From Dehalococcoidia bacterium (GTDB lineage: Bacteria; Chloroflexota; Dehalococcoidia; Lucifugimonadales; UBA1127), in contig OZ220679.1 of NCBI GenBank assembly GCA_965116355.1, positions 94,669 to 158,668 on the forward strand: a stretch of 64,000 nt of DNA, in the 5' to 3' direction. How positions within the stretch are numbered: the first letter of the stretch is position 1; each line of letters begins with the position of its first letter. The translations under genes were made by a program, and so were the position numbers. Shown piece after piece: positions 46,296-54,810 of the stretch. The notes under the pieces were generated by a model. That model did no database searches. It saw only the letters and a list, made by a program, of their open reading frames with translations, and was not told the origin of the DNA.

Positions 46296-47256
46296 CTGCT
46301 TGCTCCTCCGTGCCTACCTCTTCAAAGCGCTCGCCCGTGACGCTGAGGAAGACGTCGTCAAGGGTCGGCGTGTGCATGCGTATCTCGCGCAGCTCAACGC
46401 CGTTCCGGTTCAAGGCCAGCGCGACGGGGCCGATCTGCGCGGAGCCGTTCGTGACACGCACGACGACCTCATTGCCGTAGACGTCCACCTGCTCGATGGA
46501 CGGCAGCGCGCCGACGGCGAGCCGGGCCTCCTCGGCGTCGCCGTCCACCTGCGCGATGATCACATCGGCGCCCATCGAGCGCTTGAGCTCGGCGGGCGTG
46601 CCCTCGGCGGCGAGGACGCCCTGGTTGATGATGCCGACGCGGTCGGCGAGCTGGTCGGCTTCCTCCAGGTACTGCGTCGTCAGGAAGATGGTGACGCCCA
46701 GCTCCTTGTTGACGCGGCGGACCTCCTCCCACACGCGGGAGCGGCTGATCGGGTCGAGGCCGGTCGTTGGCTCGTCGAGGAAGAGGACCTCGGGGTTGTG
46801 GATGAGCGCAGCGGCGAGGTCCAAGCGGCGCTTCATTCCGCCGGAGTAAGTGCTGATAAAGCGCGACATGGCATCGCCGATGTCCACCAGCGAGGCCAGC
46901 TCGTCGACGCGGCGGCGGACCTGGCGCCCCGTCAGGCCGTACAGGAAGCCCTGCAGGCGAAGGAACTCGATGCCCGTCTGCTTTGGGTCGAGGGCGGTGT
47001 CCTGGAGGGCGGCACCGATGCGCAGGCGAATCTCCTTCGCGTCGGACACGAGCTCACGGCCGACGACCCACGCCTGGCCGGCAGTCGGCAGCAGCAGCGT
47101 GATGAGCATGCGCACGAGCGTCGTCTTGCCGGCGCCGTTGGGGCCGAGAAAGCCGTAAATCTCACCCTTGCCGATGTCGAGGTCGACGCCGTTGACGGCC
47201 TTGACCTCGCCAAAAGAGCGAGAGATTCCGGACGCATAGATAGCCCAATCGTTCAA
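46285..47256 (-). CDS. ABC transporter ATP-binding protein (DrrA-like)
   Basis: [12 protein letters not shown] (Walker A), YSGGMKRRL (signature) and [11 protein letters not shown] (Walker B). The start is uncertain: I chose TTG 47256, and the track ORF starts at 47331. Confidence 0.85.
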   Translation of the reverse strand: MNDWAIYASGISRSFGEVKAVNGVDLDIGKGEIYGFLGPNGAGKTTLVRMLITLLLPTAGQAWVVGRELVSDAKEIRLRIGAALQDTALDPKQTGIEFLRLQGFLYGLTGRQVRRRVDELASLVDIGDAMSRFISTYSGGMKRRLDLAAALIHNPEVLFLDEPTTGLDPISRSRVWEEVRRVNKELGVTIFLTTQYLEEADQLADRVGIINQGVLAAEGTPAELKRSMGADVIIAQVDGDAEEARLAVGALPSIEQVDVYGNEVVVRVTNGSAQIGPVALALNRNGVELREIRMHTPTLDDVFLSVTGERFEEVGTEEQADGD

Positions 47257-47380
47257 TGCGGTAACTTCCAAAGGTGAGGTTAACCGTGACCTTTCCAGTG
47301 TACGGAGAGGCGTCAGGCAGGCGCAAGGCAATACACGGAATCACGACATTCCAAGAGGGAATGGAGCGGCCGGCGGCGCG

Positions 47381-47779
47381 CTACCGGTAGGTCAGCAGCT
47401 CCTCCAGCCGGGCTACGAAACGGGCCACGTGTGCGAGCGAGTCACGGACGTAGGGGCGCTCGAGCCAGCTCTCATAGAAGTTGGTGTGGAGGCTGCTTGC
47501 CAACTGGAATTGCATCCGCGCTTCGGGGGCCTTGAGCTCGTCAACCAGGCGGTTGACCACGCGGAACAGGTCTCGAACGCTCTCGTGTTGCCAGCCGCGC
47601 TCTTCGGCGACCGCCTTCACGATGGTGACTGCCGCGCCCCAGCCGTGGCCGGAGGCCTCTCCCAGTTCACCTCTATCGAACTCTTCCGCGGCTGCGGCCA
47701 GGTACTTTCGGCTCTGGTCGAGATAGATGGTCTGCGCCGACATGACGTAGCCGTCCCTGGTCAAGTATCTGCTCTCCAT
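47381..47779 (-). CDS. PaREP1/PaREP8-like four-helix protein (copy 1)
   Basis: ..GELGEASGHGWGAAVTIVKAVAEERGW.H.S.RDLF..V..L......LHTNFYESWL. The family call is from memory of the Pfam PaREP1 pattern. GAGGAG lies 9 nt upstream of ATG 47779. An alternative start is at 47743. Confidence 0.55.
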   Translation of the reverse strand: MESRYLTRDGYVMSAQTIYLDQSRKYLAAAAEEFDRGELGEASGHGWGAAVTIVKAVAEERGWQHESVRDLFRVVNRLVDELKAPEARMQFQLASSLHTNFYESWLERPYVRDSLAHVARFVARLEELLTYR

Positions 47780-47928
47780 ATCCGGTGGCTCCTCAATGGG
47801 AGTCCAGCATTCACGTATTCAATATAGCGCAAATCACGGGCGTGGGAAAGGGAGCAGGCCCAAATCTGCGGCGATTGGCGGGGGAATTGGTGGGCGCGGG
47901 GTTGTCGACGGCGGGAGCGGGGACGCGG

Positions 47929-48291
47929 CTACTGCGATTGCAACAGTCCTTCCACACGATTGACCAACTCCGTCACCTGACCCAGCGACCGCTCAACGGC
48001 GTCGCGCTCCAACCAGCCCTCGTAGAAGTTCCTGTGGAGCCCGCTGGCGGTCTGAAAGAGCATGGGCAAGTCCATGTCGCCGGTCTCCGCCGCAAGCTGG
48101 TTGACGGCGAGGAACAAGTCCCGGTGGGCATCGTGCGTCAGGTCACGCTCATCCGCAGCGGCCTTGACCATTTCCGCCACAGCTCCCCAACCCTTCTCGG
48201 AGGCTTGGCACAGGTCGCCCCTGGCAAGCTCCTCACCGGCTTGGGTGAGGTAGGTCCGGCTTTGACTACGATAGAAGGACCGGGTTGTCAT
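47929..48291 (-). CDS. PaREP1/PaREP8-like four-helix protein (copy 2)
   Basis: MTTRSFYRSQSRTYLTQAGEELARGDLCQASEKGWGAVAEMVKAAADERDL.H..HRDLF....LHRNFYEGWL. Confidence 0.55.
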   Translation of the reverse strand: MTTRSFYRSQSRTYLTQAGEELARGDLCQASEKGWGAVAEMVKAAADERDLTHDAHRDLFLAVNQLAAETGDMDLPMLFQTASGLHRNFYEGWLERDAVERSLGQVTELVNRVEGLLQSQ

Positions 48292-48395
48292 CGGGCGTGG
48301 CTCCGTTAAGACTTGGACAACGCAAGTCCATTCTAGCAAACGTACCGACGTGCCGCCAATGAAGGCGGCATCTTTCGACCGCTACGCGTTTTCAG

Positions 48396-49712
48396 TCAGG
48401 ACGTCGTGTTCTCTATGCCGGGGTGGACGACGAAGGCCTTGCGCAGCTCCTCCGTGGCCTCCAGCCAGTCGGCGTCGCGGGGCAGGATGACGCCGCCGGA
48501 GCGCACCTGGTAGAGCTCGGGGTTGTCGACGGCGGGAGCGGGGACGCCCTCCTGCAGGGAGCGGGCGGCGTTGATGAGCCGCTGGCGCGTCTTGATGATC
48601 ATGCCGTCGCTGGTGCCGAGCCGCTCGCGGGTGCGGTCGACGATGGGGTCCATACTCTCAGTGATGGCCTGGTCCTGCATGTGGATGCCGGCGATGCCCG
48701 TGAAGCTCTTGTTGCGCTGGGCATCGCGGTCGATGTAGTAGTCGTTGGCCTTGTTGGCCTCGAAGCGGTGGCGCTCCAGCCAGCCGGTGCCGTCGGGGAG
48801 CTTGCCTCGCGCGCCGCCGAGGCCCACGAGCGGGTTGCCGTTGACGTCCCTGCGGGCCATGGAGCTGTTGGTGTTGCGGATGGACATGCTGGTGAACATC
48901 GTGTGGTTGTCGTCGACGGGCACCCAGCAGCGCACGCCGATCTTCTCGCCGAGGCGGCCCTCCGGCGGGATGGTGTAGAAGGGCATCATGAACTGGGCGA
49001 TGCGCCAGTAGTAGGTGTCGTCCTCCGCCGGGCGGTAGGCGCCGTACATGGTGCCGTAGTCCGTCTCGACGATCTTGTAGTGGGGCGCCTTCTCGCGCTG
49101 GTTGTAGTAATCGAAGGTGCCGGGCAGGACGTCGTCCGCGGCCACCTTCCCGAGGTGCAGGAAGGTCAGGTGGGCGGTGTCGATGTCGCCCTCCATCGCC
49201 TGCACCCAGTTGCACTCGCGGAGGCCGGCGGAGTTGGAGTCGACGCTCTCCTCCATCATGTTGGGCTCGATGTCCGGCAGCGGCGGCAGGACCTCGCGCG
49301 GGCCCATGTAGGCCCAGATCATGCCGTTGCGCTCGGCCATCCTGTAAGCCTTGATCTTGACCTTGTCCTTGAAGTTGGACTCGGCGGGCTCCGAGGGCAT
49401 GTCGACGCAATCGCCGTTCACGTCGAACTTCCAGCCGTGATAGACACAGCGGATGCCGCACTCCTCGTTTCGGCCGAAGAAGAGGCTCGCGCGGCGGTGG
49501 GGGCAGTAGTTGTCGATGAGGCCGAGCTCGCCGTTGGTGTCACGGAAGGCGATGAGGTCCTCGCCCAGCAGGCGCAGGCGGACGGGGTCGCTGTCGGGCC
49601 CGGGCAGCTCGGTGGAGAGCAGCGCGGGGATCCAGTACTCGCGCAGAAGGTCGCCCATCGGCGTGCCGGGGCCGACGCGCGTGAGGGTCTCGTTGTCGTG
49701 CTGTGAGAGCAT
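48396..49712 (-). CDS. Rieske [2Fe-2S] non-heme-iron oxygenase, alpha-subunit type (paralogue 2)
   Basis: CPHRRASL..CVYHGWKF. The N-terminus MLSQHDNETLTRVGPGTPMG parallels paralogue 1. Confidence 0.9.
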   Translation of the reverse strand: MLSQHDNETLTRVGPGTPMGDLLREYWIPALLSTELPGPDSDPVRLRLLGEDLIAFRDTNGELGLIDNYCPHRRASLFFGRNEECGIRCVYHGWKFDVNGDCVDMPSEPAESNFKDKVKIKAYRMAERNGMIWAYMGPREVLPPLPDIEPNMMEESVDSNSAGLRECNWVQAMEGDIDTAHLTFLHLGKVAADDVLPGTFDYYNQREKAPHYKIVETDYGTMYGAYRPAEDDTYYWRIAQFMMPFYTIPPEGRLGEKIGVRCWVPVDDNHTMFTSMSIRNTNSSMARRDVNGNPLVGLGGARGKLPDGTGWLERHRFEANKANDYYIDRDAQRNKSFTGIAGIHMQDQAITESMDPIVDRTRERLGTSDGMIIKTRQRLINAARSLQEGVPAPAVDNPELYQVRSGGVILPRDADWLEATEELRKAFVVHPGIENTTS

Positions 49713-49812
49713 TCGCTCCTCCTTCGAGGCGTGTTGCTAGCAGTCTAGGAAGCGAGCGTGGGCGCGTCAAGGACGGCGTGGCAGGAGGTAGGGGGTCAGG
49801 GCGCGGGGGCGG

Positions 49813-50005
49813 CCCTTCGACAGGCTCAGGGCGAACAGGGAAGGTAACAGTGGCCCTAAGGCGGGCATCCTGGATGCCCGCCTTCGCGGGAATGACGGTG
49901 GTGGTGGTCCTGGGTACCGGCTTCCGCCGGTGAAACGAGAGAAGGCGAGGGCAGGCTCCTTCGACAGGGCTCAGGACGGGGTCAAGACGGGATCAGGGCG
50001 AACGG
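49813..50005 (+). repeat. Composite mosaic repeat C-A'-B-C-C
   Basis: Module C at 49813-49839. Variant hairpin GGCGGGCATCC-TG-GATGCCCGCC..CGCGGGAATGACGG. Module B is GGTACCGGCTTCCGCCGGTGAAACGAG. A double C runs to 50005. Confidence 0.8.
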
Positions 50006-50059
50006 ATTGCGCTTGCCCGCACATTGGCGGCGTGCTAGCCTCGCCGCGAGGAGGACGCC

Positions 50060-50440
50060 ATGACTGTGTACACGTACGACCACATGCACCTGCGCAGCCG
50101 GGACCCGATGGCGACGGCGCGCTATTTCGAGACGATGTTCGGGGCCGAGGTGCTCGAGTCCGTGCAGTCCGATGGGCAGCCGCGGGTGGACCTCGACCTG
50201 AACGGCCTCACCATCTTCATCGCGCGGGCCGGGGACAACGTGCCGGAGGGGCCCAGCGAGCCCTACACGGGCCTCGACCACTTCGGCCTGCGAGTGGACG
50301 ACATCTTCACGGCGGCTGAGGAGCTGAAGGCCAAGGGCGCCGAGTTCTCGACGGAGCCGTTCCAACTGCGGCCGGGGGTCAAGATTGCCTTCGTGAAGGC
50401 GCCGGGGAACATCCGCATCGAGCTGCTTGAGCGGGGGTAG
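50060..50440 (+). CDS. Glyoxalase/bleomycin-resistance/dioxygenase (VOC) family protein
   Basis: 126 aa. YDHMHLRSRD..YFETMFGAEV...GLDHFGLRVDD...IRIELLE is the VOC beta-alpha-beta-beta-beta pattern. Confidence 0.8.
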   Translation: MTVYTYDHMHLRSRDPMATARYFETMFGAEVLESVQSDGQPRVDLDLNGLTIFIARAGDNVPEGPSEPYTGLDHFGLRVDDIFTAAEELKAKGAEFSTEPFQLRPGVKIAFVKAPGNIRIELLERG

Positions 50441-50462
50441 GCGGCTGCGCGCTGCCGTTCAC

Positions 50463-50858
50463 CCCCTTCGAGAGCCTCAGGACAGGCCCTTCGTCAGGCT
50501 CAGGACAGGCTTCGATTTCCCTCAGGGCGAATGGGGGGCGGGCGTCGCTCCGTTTGTCGGGGTTCCTGCCTGCGCAGGAACGACGGGGGTGGGGCCCCTG
50601 GACACCGGCTTCCGCCGGTGAAACGAGGGGAGGCGGGGGCGGCCCTTCGACATGCCCAGTGCGAACGGGAGGTCGGACGTCGCTCCGTTTGTCGGGGTTC
50701 CTGCCTGCGCAGGAACGACGGGGGCGGGGCCCCTGGACACCGGCTTCCGCCGGTGAAACGAGGGGAGGCGGGGGCGGCCCTTCGACATGCCCAGTGCGAA
50801 CGGGAGGTCGGGCGTCGCTCCGTTTGTCGGGGTTCCTGCCTGCGCAGGAACGACGGGG
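50463..50858 (+). repeat. Composite mosaic-repeat array C-C-C then (A-B-C)x2 then A, with a 135-nt tandem period
   Basis: GTCGCTCCGTTTGTCGGGGTTCCTGCC starts at 50544, 50679 and 50814. Units 1 and 2 differ at 2 of 135 positions. The array ends exactly at the stop codon (50859-50861) of the FtsX-type permease. Confidence 0.92.
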
Positions 50859-53800
50859 TTACTCGTAGCGGAGGGCTTCCGCGGGGGAGACGTCGGCGGC
50901 CTGGCGGGCGGGGAGGAACGTCGTCAGCAGGGAGAAGACGTAGGCGCCGGCGGCGATCAGGAGAATCTTGGCCAGCGGCAATGAGAATCGGAGGTCCGGC
51001 TCATCCTCCCGCAGCTCGAAGATGAGGTTGACGGAGGAGACAAGACCGAGCCCCAAGCCCACCCCGATGCCCAGCAGGGCGATGAAGGACGATTCCGCGA
51101 GGAAGCTCAGGTTCACCATGCCGCGGGAGAAGCCAATCGCGCGGAGCACGCCGATCTCGTGGCGGCGCTCGACGACGGCGCGGGCGCTGATGACGCCGAG
51201 CGCGGCGATGCCCACCACGAGGCCGAGCGACATGAAGCCGATGAGCAGGTTGAAGAGCGCGCGGTTCGATTCCTGCGCGCTCTCGACTGTCTCGATCACG
51301 TCTATGGTCTCAATGCCGTGCTGGAAGAAGGCCGACTCGATGATGTTGGCGCCGTTCTCGGCGTCGTCGCTCACGTTGAAGAAGAACTGCGTCGCGTCCG
51401 CCTCGCGGCCAAGGGTTTGCTCGGACGTGTAGAAGCCGACGGGAATTGGTCCGCTGGAGGCAAAGGTGTCCAGCACCGCGATCACGGTCAGGTCCACCGA
51501 CTCTCCAACCTCAAGGTCCCTGACCGTCACCGCCACTGGGTCCATGACCTCATCTTCCAGGTAGAAGTCAGGCACGCCTTCCAGTGTGAACCGGTTGAAC
51601 TCCTGCTGGAACGCAAAGTTGTTCCTGGTTGGCACAAGGAGTGAATTAACAACGGCCAGGCCGGGATTGGCCCGCAACGCCTCCCAGACGGCCCTGGCGT
51701 CCGCCTCGCCGTCGACGGTGTACTCAGGGGTGGTCAGGGCGATTGTGAACCTGTTAGTCGCCAGGAAGGCGTCGTCGACGCCGACGATGACGGTGTCCGC
51801 GTAGTCGCCGTCTGTGTCGGACGTCAGCCGGCCGTCGGCCTGGAAGACGGCGTGGAACGTGCCCACCGAGGGCCTGCCGTCAACGCGCTCGACGATGTCC
51901 AAGTCCGGGTTGGCCTCGACGACCGCCTGGACGTCGGCGACGGGGTTGAGGTCGCTGCGGGCGTAGCCGATGACCTCGTAGCCGCCGCCGAGCCGCTCCT
52001 GGTTCTCGAAGAGGTTGTCGAAGGCGTCGAGGAGCGTCGCCATGAGCGTGACGGAGAAGATGACGATGGCGAACATGGCCAACGACAGGCCCGTGCGGTA
52101 GCCAAAGCGGAGGGGGTAGGACACCGCGGACTTGACCACCGGCGAGAAGCGCCTGATCCGCCCAAGGGTGTTGGTCATCAGTCCCAGCACGAGGGGCGAG
52201 TTGTTGATGGTCACCAGCACCGCCCCGGTAACGAGCATGACGCCGGAGGCGAAGAAGGAACTAAAGTCCTCATTCCACTCGCCGCCCCTGATCGCGTTCA
52301 TCGTGCCGTGGGGGATGAGCCAGTAGGCCACCAGGAGAATGCCGACCACCGTGAAGGTCCATCGCTGGGATGCTCCAAGGGAACGCGCCACCATGCCGGA
52401 CCCGAGGATGGTCAGGGAGACCCCGAGGCCGAAGCTCGTGAGGTGGTTGCCGTTCCACCCCGCCATGAGGAGCAACAGGCCAATGACCGCAACGGCAACG
52501 GCCTGAATCATGGCTCGAATGCGGGACCGGGTCACGGCAGCTTCAGGCAGGTCCCGAATGGCCTGCACGATGTTGAGCCGGCTGATTCGGCGCGAGGACA
52601 TGTAGACCGTGACGAACGTGAGCACGGAGCCGACCAGGAAGGATACAAGGAAGCTGACGGGCTGCGCGTGCGGCGTAAGGCTGAAGTCCCCCGGGGCCCC
52701 TTGCTCGAATATCGAGGCGACACCCTCGACGAGGAGCATTCCCAGCCCGATGCCGATGGCTGCGCCGATGAACGCGGAGCCGACTCCGTAGATGGAGCCC
52801 TCGACCGTGAACATCCGCACCAGGTGGTGACGCTGCATGCCGATGGCTCGCGACATGCCCATTTCGGTCTTCCGCTCGGCGGCCAGCATGGAGAAGATGA
52901 GGAAGATCAGCAGCAGCCCGACGCCGATGGAGAACAGGCCGAATGTGGTGAAGAAGGAGACGAAGAGGCTTCCCACCGCATTGGCCGTGTCCAGGACATC
53001 CTGCTTGATGGGAATGATCTCCAGGCCCTGGCCCTCAATCTCTTCGTGGAACTCGTATCGGTCGACGATGGTCTGGCTCAGTTCAACGCCCGCGGTGGCG
53101 TCGCCGGCGTTGGAGATCAGCAGCGAGGAGAGCTCGCCGGGCCGGTCGAGCAGCGCCTGTACGTTGCCGAGGGACATCATCAGGATGACGTCCGTGCCCG
53201 TCCCGCTGAAATAGGAATCTTCAACAATGCCGCCAATCGCGATGGGGGTGGGGGCTCCCGGCCCGAAGAACACGTTGAGCGTGCCGCCGACAGCCACCTC
53301 GAGCTCGTCCGCGCCGTCGCGGGTGATGTAGGCGGTGTTGTCCGTGAGGCCCGCAAGATCGACGGGGTTGCCATCCTCGTCAAAGAGCTCCTCAAAGCTC
53401 TCCGCGCGAGTCGAATGCAGTCCCGCCAGCAGCGCGCCGGACTCGAACTGCCGGCTGTCGGGGTTGATGACGGCGACGTCCTCGGTCAGGGCGGGCAGCA
53501 CACCGTCGACGTCCGGGTCGGCGTCAAGGGCCGCCTCCAGCGCGAGGACGCTGTCGGCGGAGAAGCCCTTCGGCAGCTCGCGGCCCTCCCACAGCTCCGA
53601 GTCCTCGTCGACGACTACGAACTCGTCGAGGGAGCGGAGGGACTCGGTGGCGACGCGCTTGATGCTGTACGAAACGGAGTCGCCGACGGTGAAGGCGCTG
53701 GAGATGATGGCCGTCGCAAGCATGAGGCCCGTGAGGATGAGGAGGCTCTGGCCCGGACGGCGGCGGGCGTTCCGGACGGCCATGCGCACGAGGATGGGGT

Positions 53801-53900
53801 TGCGGAGCCTGACAAAGAGCAGGAAGGCCATTGCGAAAGCGAAGATGACGGCCAACACCGCCGCGATGTTTTCGATGGGCGCCCCAAATAGCTCGTCCAT
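50859..53900 (-). CDS. ABC transporter permease with duplicated FtsX domains (MacB-like)
   Basis: 1013 aa. Two blocks of 4 TM segments are separated by large extracytoplasmic regions. The start lies 4 nt after the ATPase stop. Confidence 0.85.
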   Translation of the reverse strand: MDELFGAPIENIAAVLAVIFAFAMAFLLFVRLRNPILVRMAVRNARRRPGQSLLILTGLMLATAIISSAFTVGDSVSYSIKRVATESLRSLDEFVVVDEDSELWEGRELPKGFSADSVLALEAALDADPDVDGVLPALTEDVAVINPDSRQFESGALLAGLHSTRAESFEELFDEDGNPVDLAGLTDNTAYITRDGADELEVAVGGTLNVFFGPGAPTPIAIGGIVEDSYFSGTGTDVILMMSLGNVQALLDRPGELSSLLISNAGDATAGVELSQTIVDRYEFHEEIEGQGLEIIPIKQDVLDTANAVGSLFVSFFTTFGLFSIGVGLLLIFLIFSMLAAERKTEMGMSRAIGMQRHHLVRMFTVEGSIYGVGSAFIGAAIGIGLGMLLVEGVASIFEQGAPGDFSLTPHAQPVSFLVSFLVGSVLTFVTVYMSSRRISRLNIVQAIRDLPEAAVTRSRIRAMIQAVAVAVIGLLLLMAGWNGNHLTSFGLGVSLTILGSGMVARSLGASQRWTFTVVGILLVAYWLIPHGTMNAIRGGEWNEDFSSFFASGVMLVTGAVLVTINNSPLVLGLMTNTLGRIRRFSPVVKSAVSYPLRFGYRTGLSLAMFAIVIFSVTLMATLLDAFDNLFENQERLGGGYEVIGYARSDLNPVADVQAVVEANPDLDIVERVDGRPSVGTFHAVFQADGRLTSDTDGDYADTVIVGVDDAFLATNRFTIALTTPEYTVDGEADARAVWEALRANPGLAVVNSLLVPTRNNFAFQQEFNRFTLEGVPDFYLEDEVMDPVAVTVRDLEVGESVDLTVIAVLDTFASSGPIPVGFYTSEQTLGREADATQFFFNVSDDAENGANIIESAFFQHGIETIDVIETVESAQESNRALFNLLIGFMSLGLVVGIAALGVISARAVVERRHEIGVLRAIGFSRGMVNLSFLAESSFIALLGIGVGLGLGLVSSVNLIFELREDEPDLRFSLPLAKILLIAAGAYVFSLLTTFLPARQAADVSPAEALRYE

Positions 53901-53904
53901 GGGT

Positions 53905-54612
53905 CTACGCCGTGCCCGTTCCGTGGTCGACGATGAGGCCGTCGATCATTCGGACGGTCCGGTGCGACAACTCGGCCACGGCGTCCGAGTGGGTGATGAT
54001 GACGAAGGTGTTGTTGAGCTCGCGGTTCAGGCGGGTGAGGAGGCCCATCACCTCCGCGGCGGTCTCGCTGTCGAGGTTGCCCGTCGGCTCGTCCGCCCAG
54101 ACGATCTCGGGCTGGTTCACGAGGGCGCGGGCGATGGTGACGCGCTGCTGCTGCCCGCCGGACATCTGGGCGGGGTAGTGGTCCGCACGGTCGGAGAGGC
54201 CCACGAGGTCGAGGGCGGTGCGGGCCTTCTCCCGCGACTCCTTCGGCGGAAAGCCGGAGATGAGCAGCGGCATCTCCACGTTCTCCAGGGCGGTGAGGAC
54301 GGGCAACAGGTTGAAGGCCTGGAAGATGTAGCCCATCTTGGTTGCTCGAAAGCGGGTCTTCTCCGAGTCCTTCATCTGCGACAGGTCGGAACCGCCGATG
54401 GTGACCGTGCCGGAGTCAACGTCGTCGAGACCGGAGAGGCAGTTGAGGAGGGTGGTCTTGCCGCCTCCGCTGGGGCCCATGATGGCGACCATCTCGCCTC
54501 GGGCGATGTCGAGACTCACGCCCTTGAGGACGTGGACCTGCAACTCGCCCGAGCCGTAGGTCTTGTGCACGTCCCTGGCGACGACGACTGGAGCTTCCCC
54601 GTTCGTGACCAT
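53905..54612 (-). CDS. ABC transporter ATP-binding protein (LolD/MacB-type)
   Basis: GPSGGGKTTLLN, MSGGQQQRVTIARAL, VWADEPTGNLD and ITHS. Confidence 0.9.
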   Translation of the reverse strand: MVTNGEAPVVVARDVHKTYGSGELQVHVLKGVSLDIARGEMVAIMGPSGGGKTTLLNCLSGLDDVDSGTVTIGGSDLSQMKDSEKTRFRATKMGYIFQAFNLLPVLTALENVEMPLLISGFPPKESREKARTALDLVGLSDRADHYPAQMSGGQQQRVTIARALVNQPEIVWADEPTGNLDSETAAEVMGLLTRLNRELNNTFVIITHSDAVAELSHRTVRMIDGLIVDHGTGTA

Positions 54613-54659
54613 AGAACTCCCTCGGATGCTTACTCCATGAGCAATGATTCATTGGTAAG

Positions 54660-54736
54660 TGGTGCCCCCAGCGGGGATCGAACCCGCGATCTCCACCTTG
54701 AAAGGGTGGCGTCCTAGGCCGCTAGACCATGGGGGC
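54660..54736 (-). tRNA. tRNA-Glu (anticodon UUC), CCA encoded
   Basis: The reverse complement is GCCCCCATGGTCTAGCGGCCTAGGACGCCACCCTTTCAAGGTGGAGATCGCGGGTTCGATCCCCGCTGGGGGCACCA. It folds with a 7-bp acceptor stem, an anticodon stem CCACC/GGTGG around the loop CTTTCAA, and a T-arm GCGGG-TTCGATC-CCCGC. Confidence 0.93.
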
Positions 54737-54810
54737 ATTCCAGTGCGCCGAAGGGCGGGCACAAAGCCGCCGCGCAATCGGCAAGCGCTCTAGTCTCATT
54801 ATCGGACTCG

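Noticed and set aside
50544-50858. Possible CRISPR array (33-nt palindromic repeat recurring every 135 nt; also at 11020/11180)
   Set aside because: The intervening 'spacers' are themselves near identical and about 100 nt long. No cas genes or leader are present. The same hairpin occurs singly all over the window. This is a tandemly duplicated mosaic repeat, not CRISPR.
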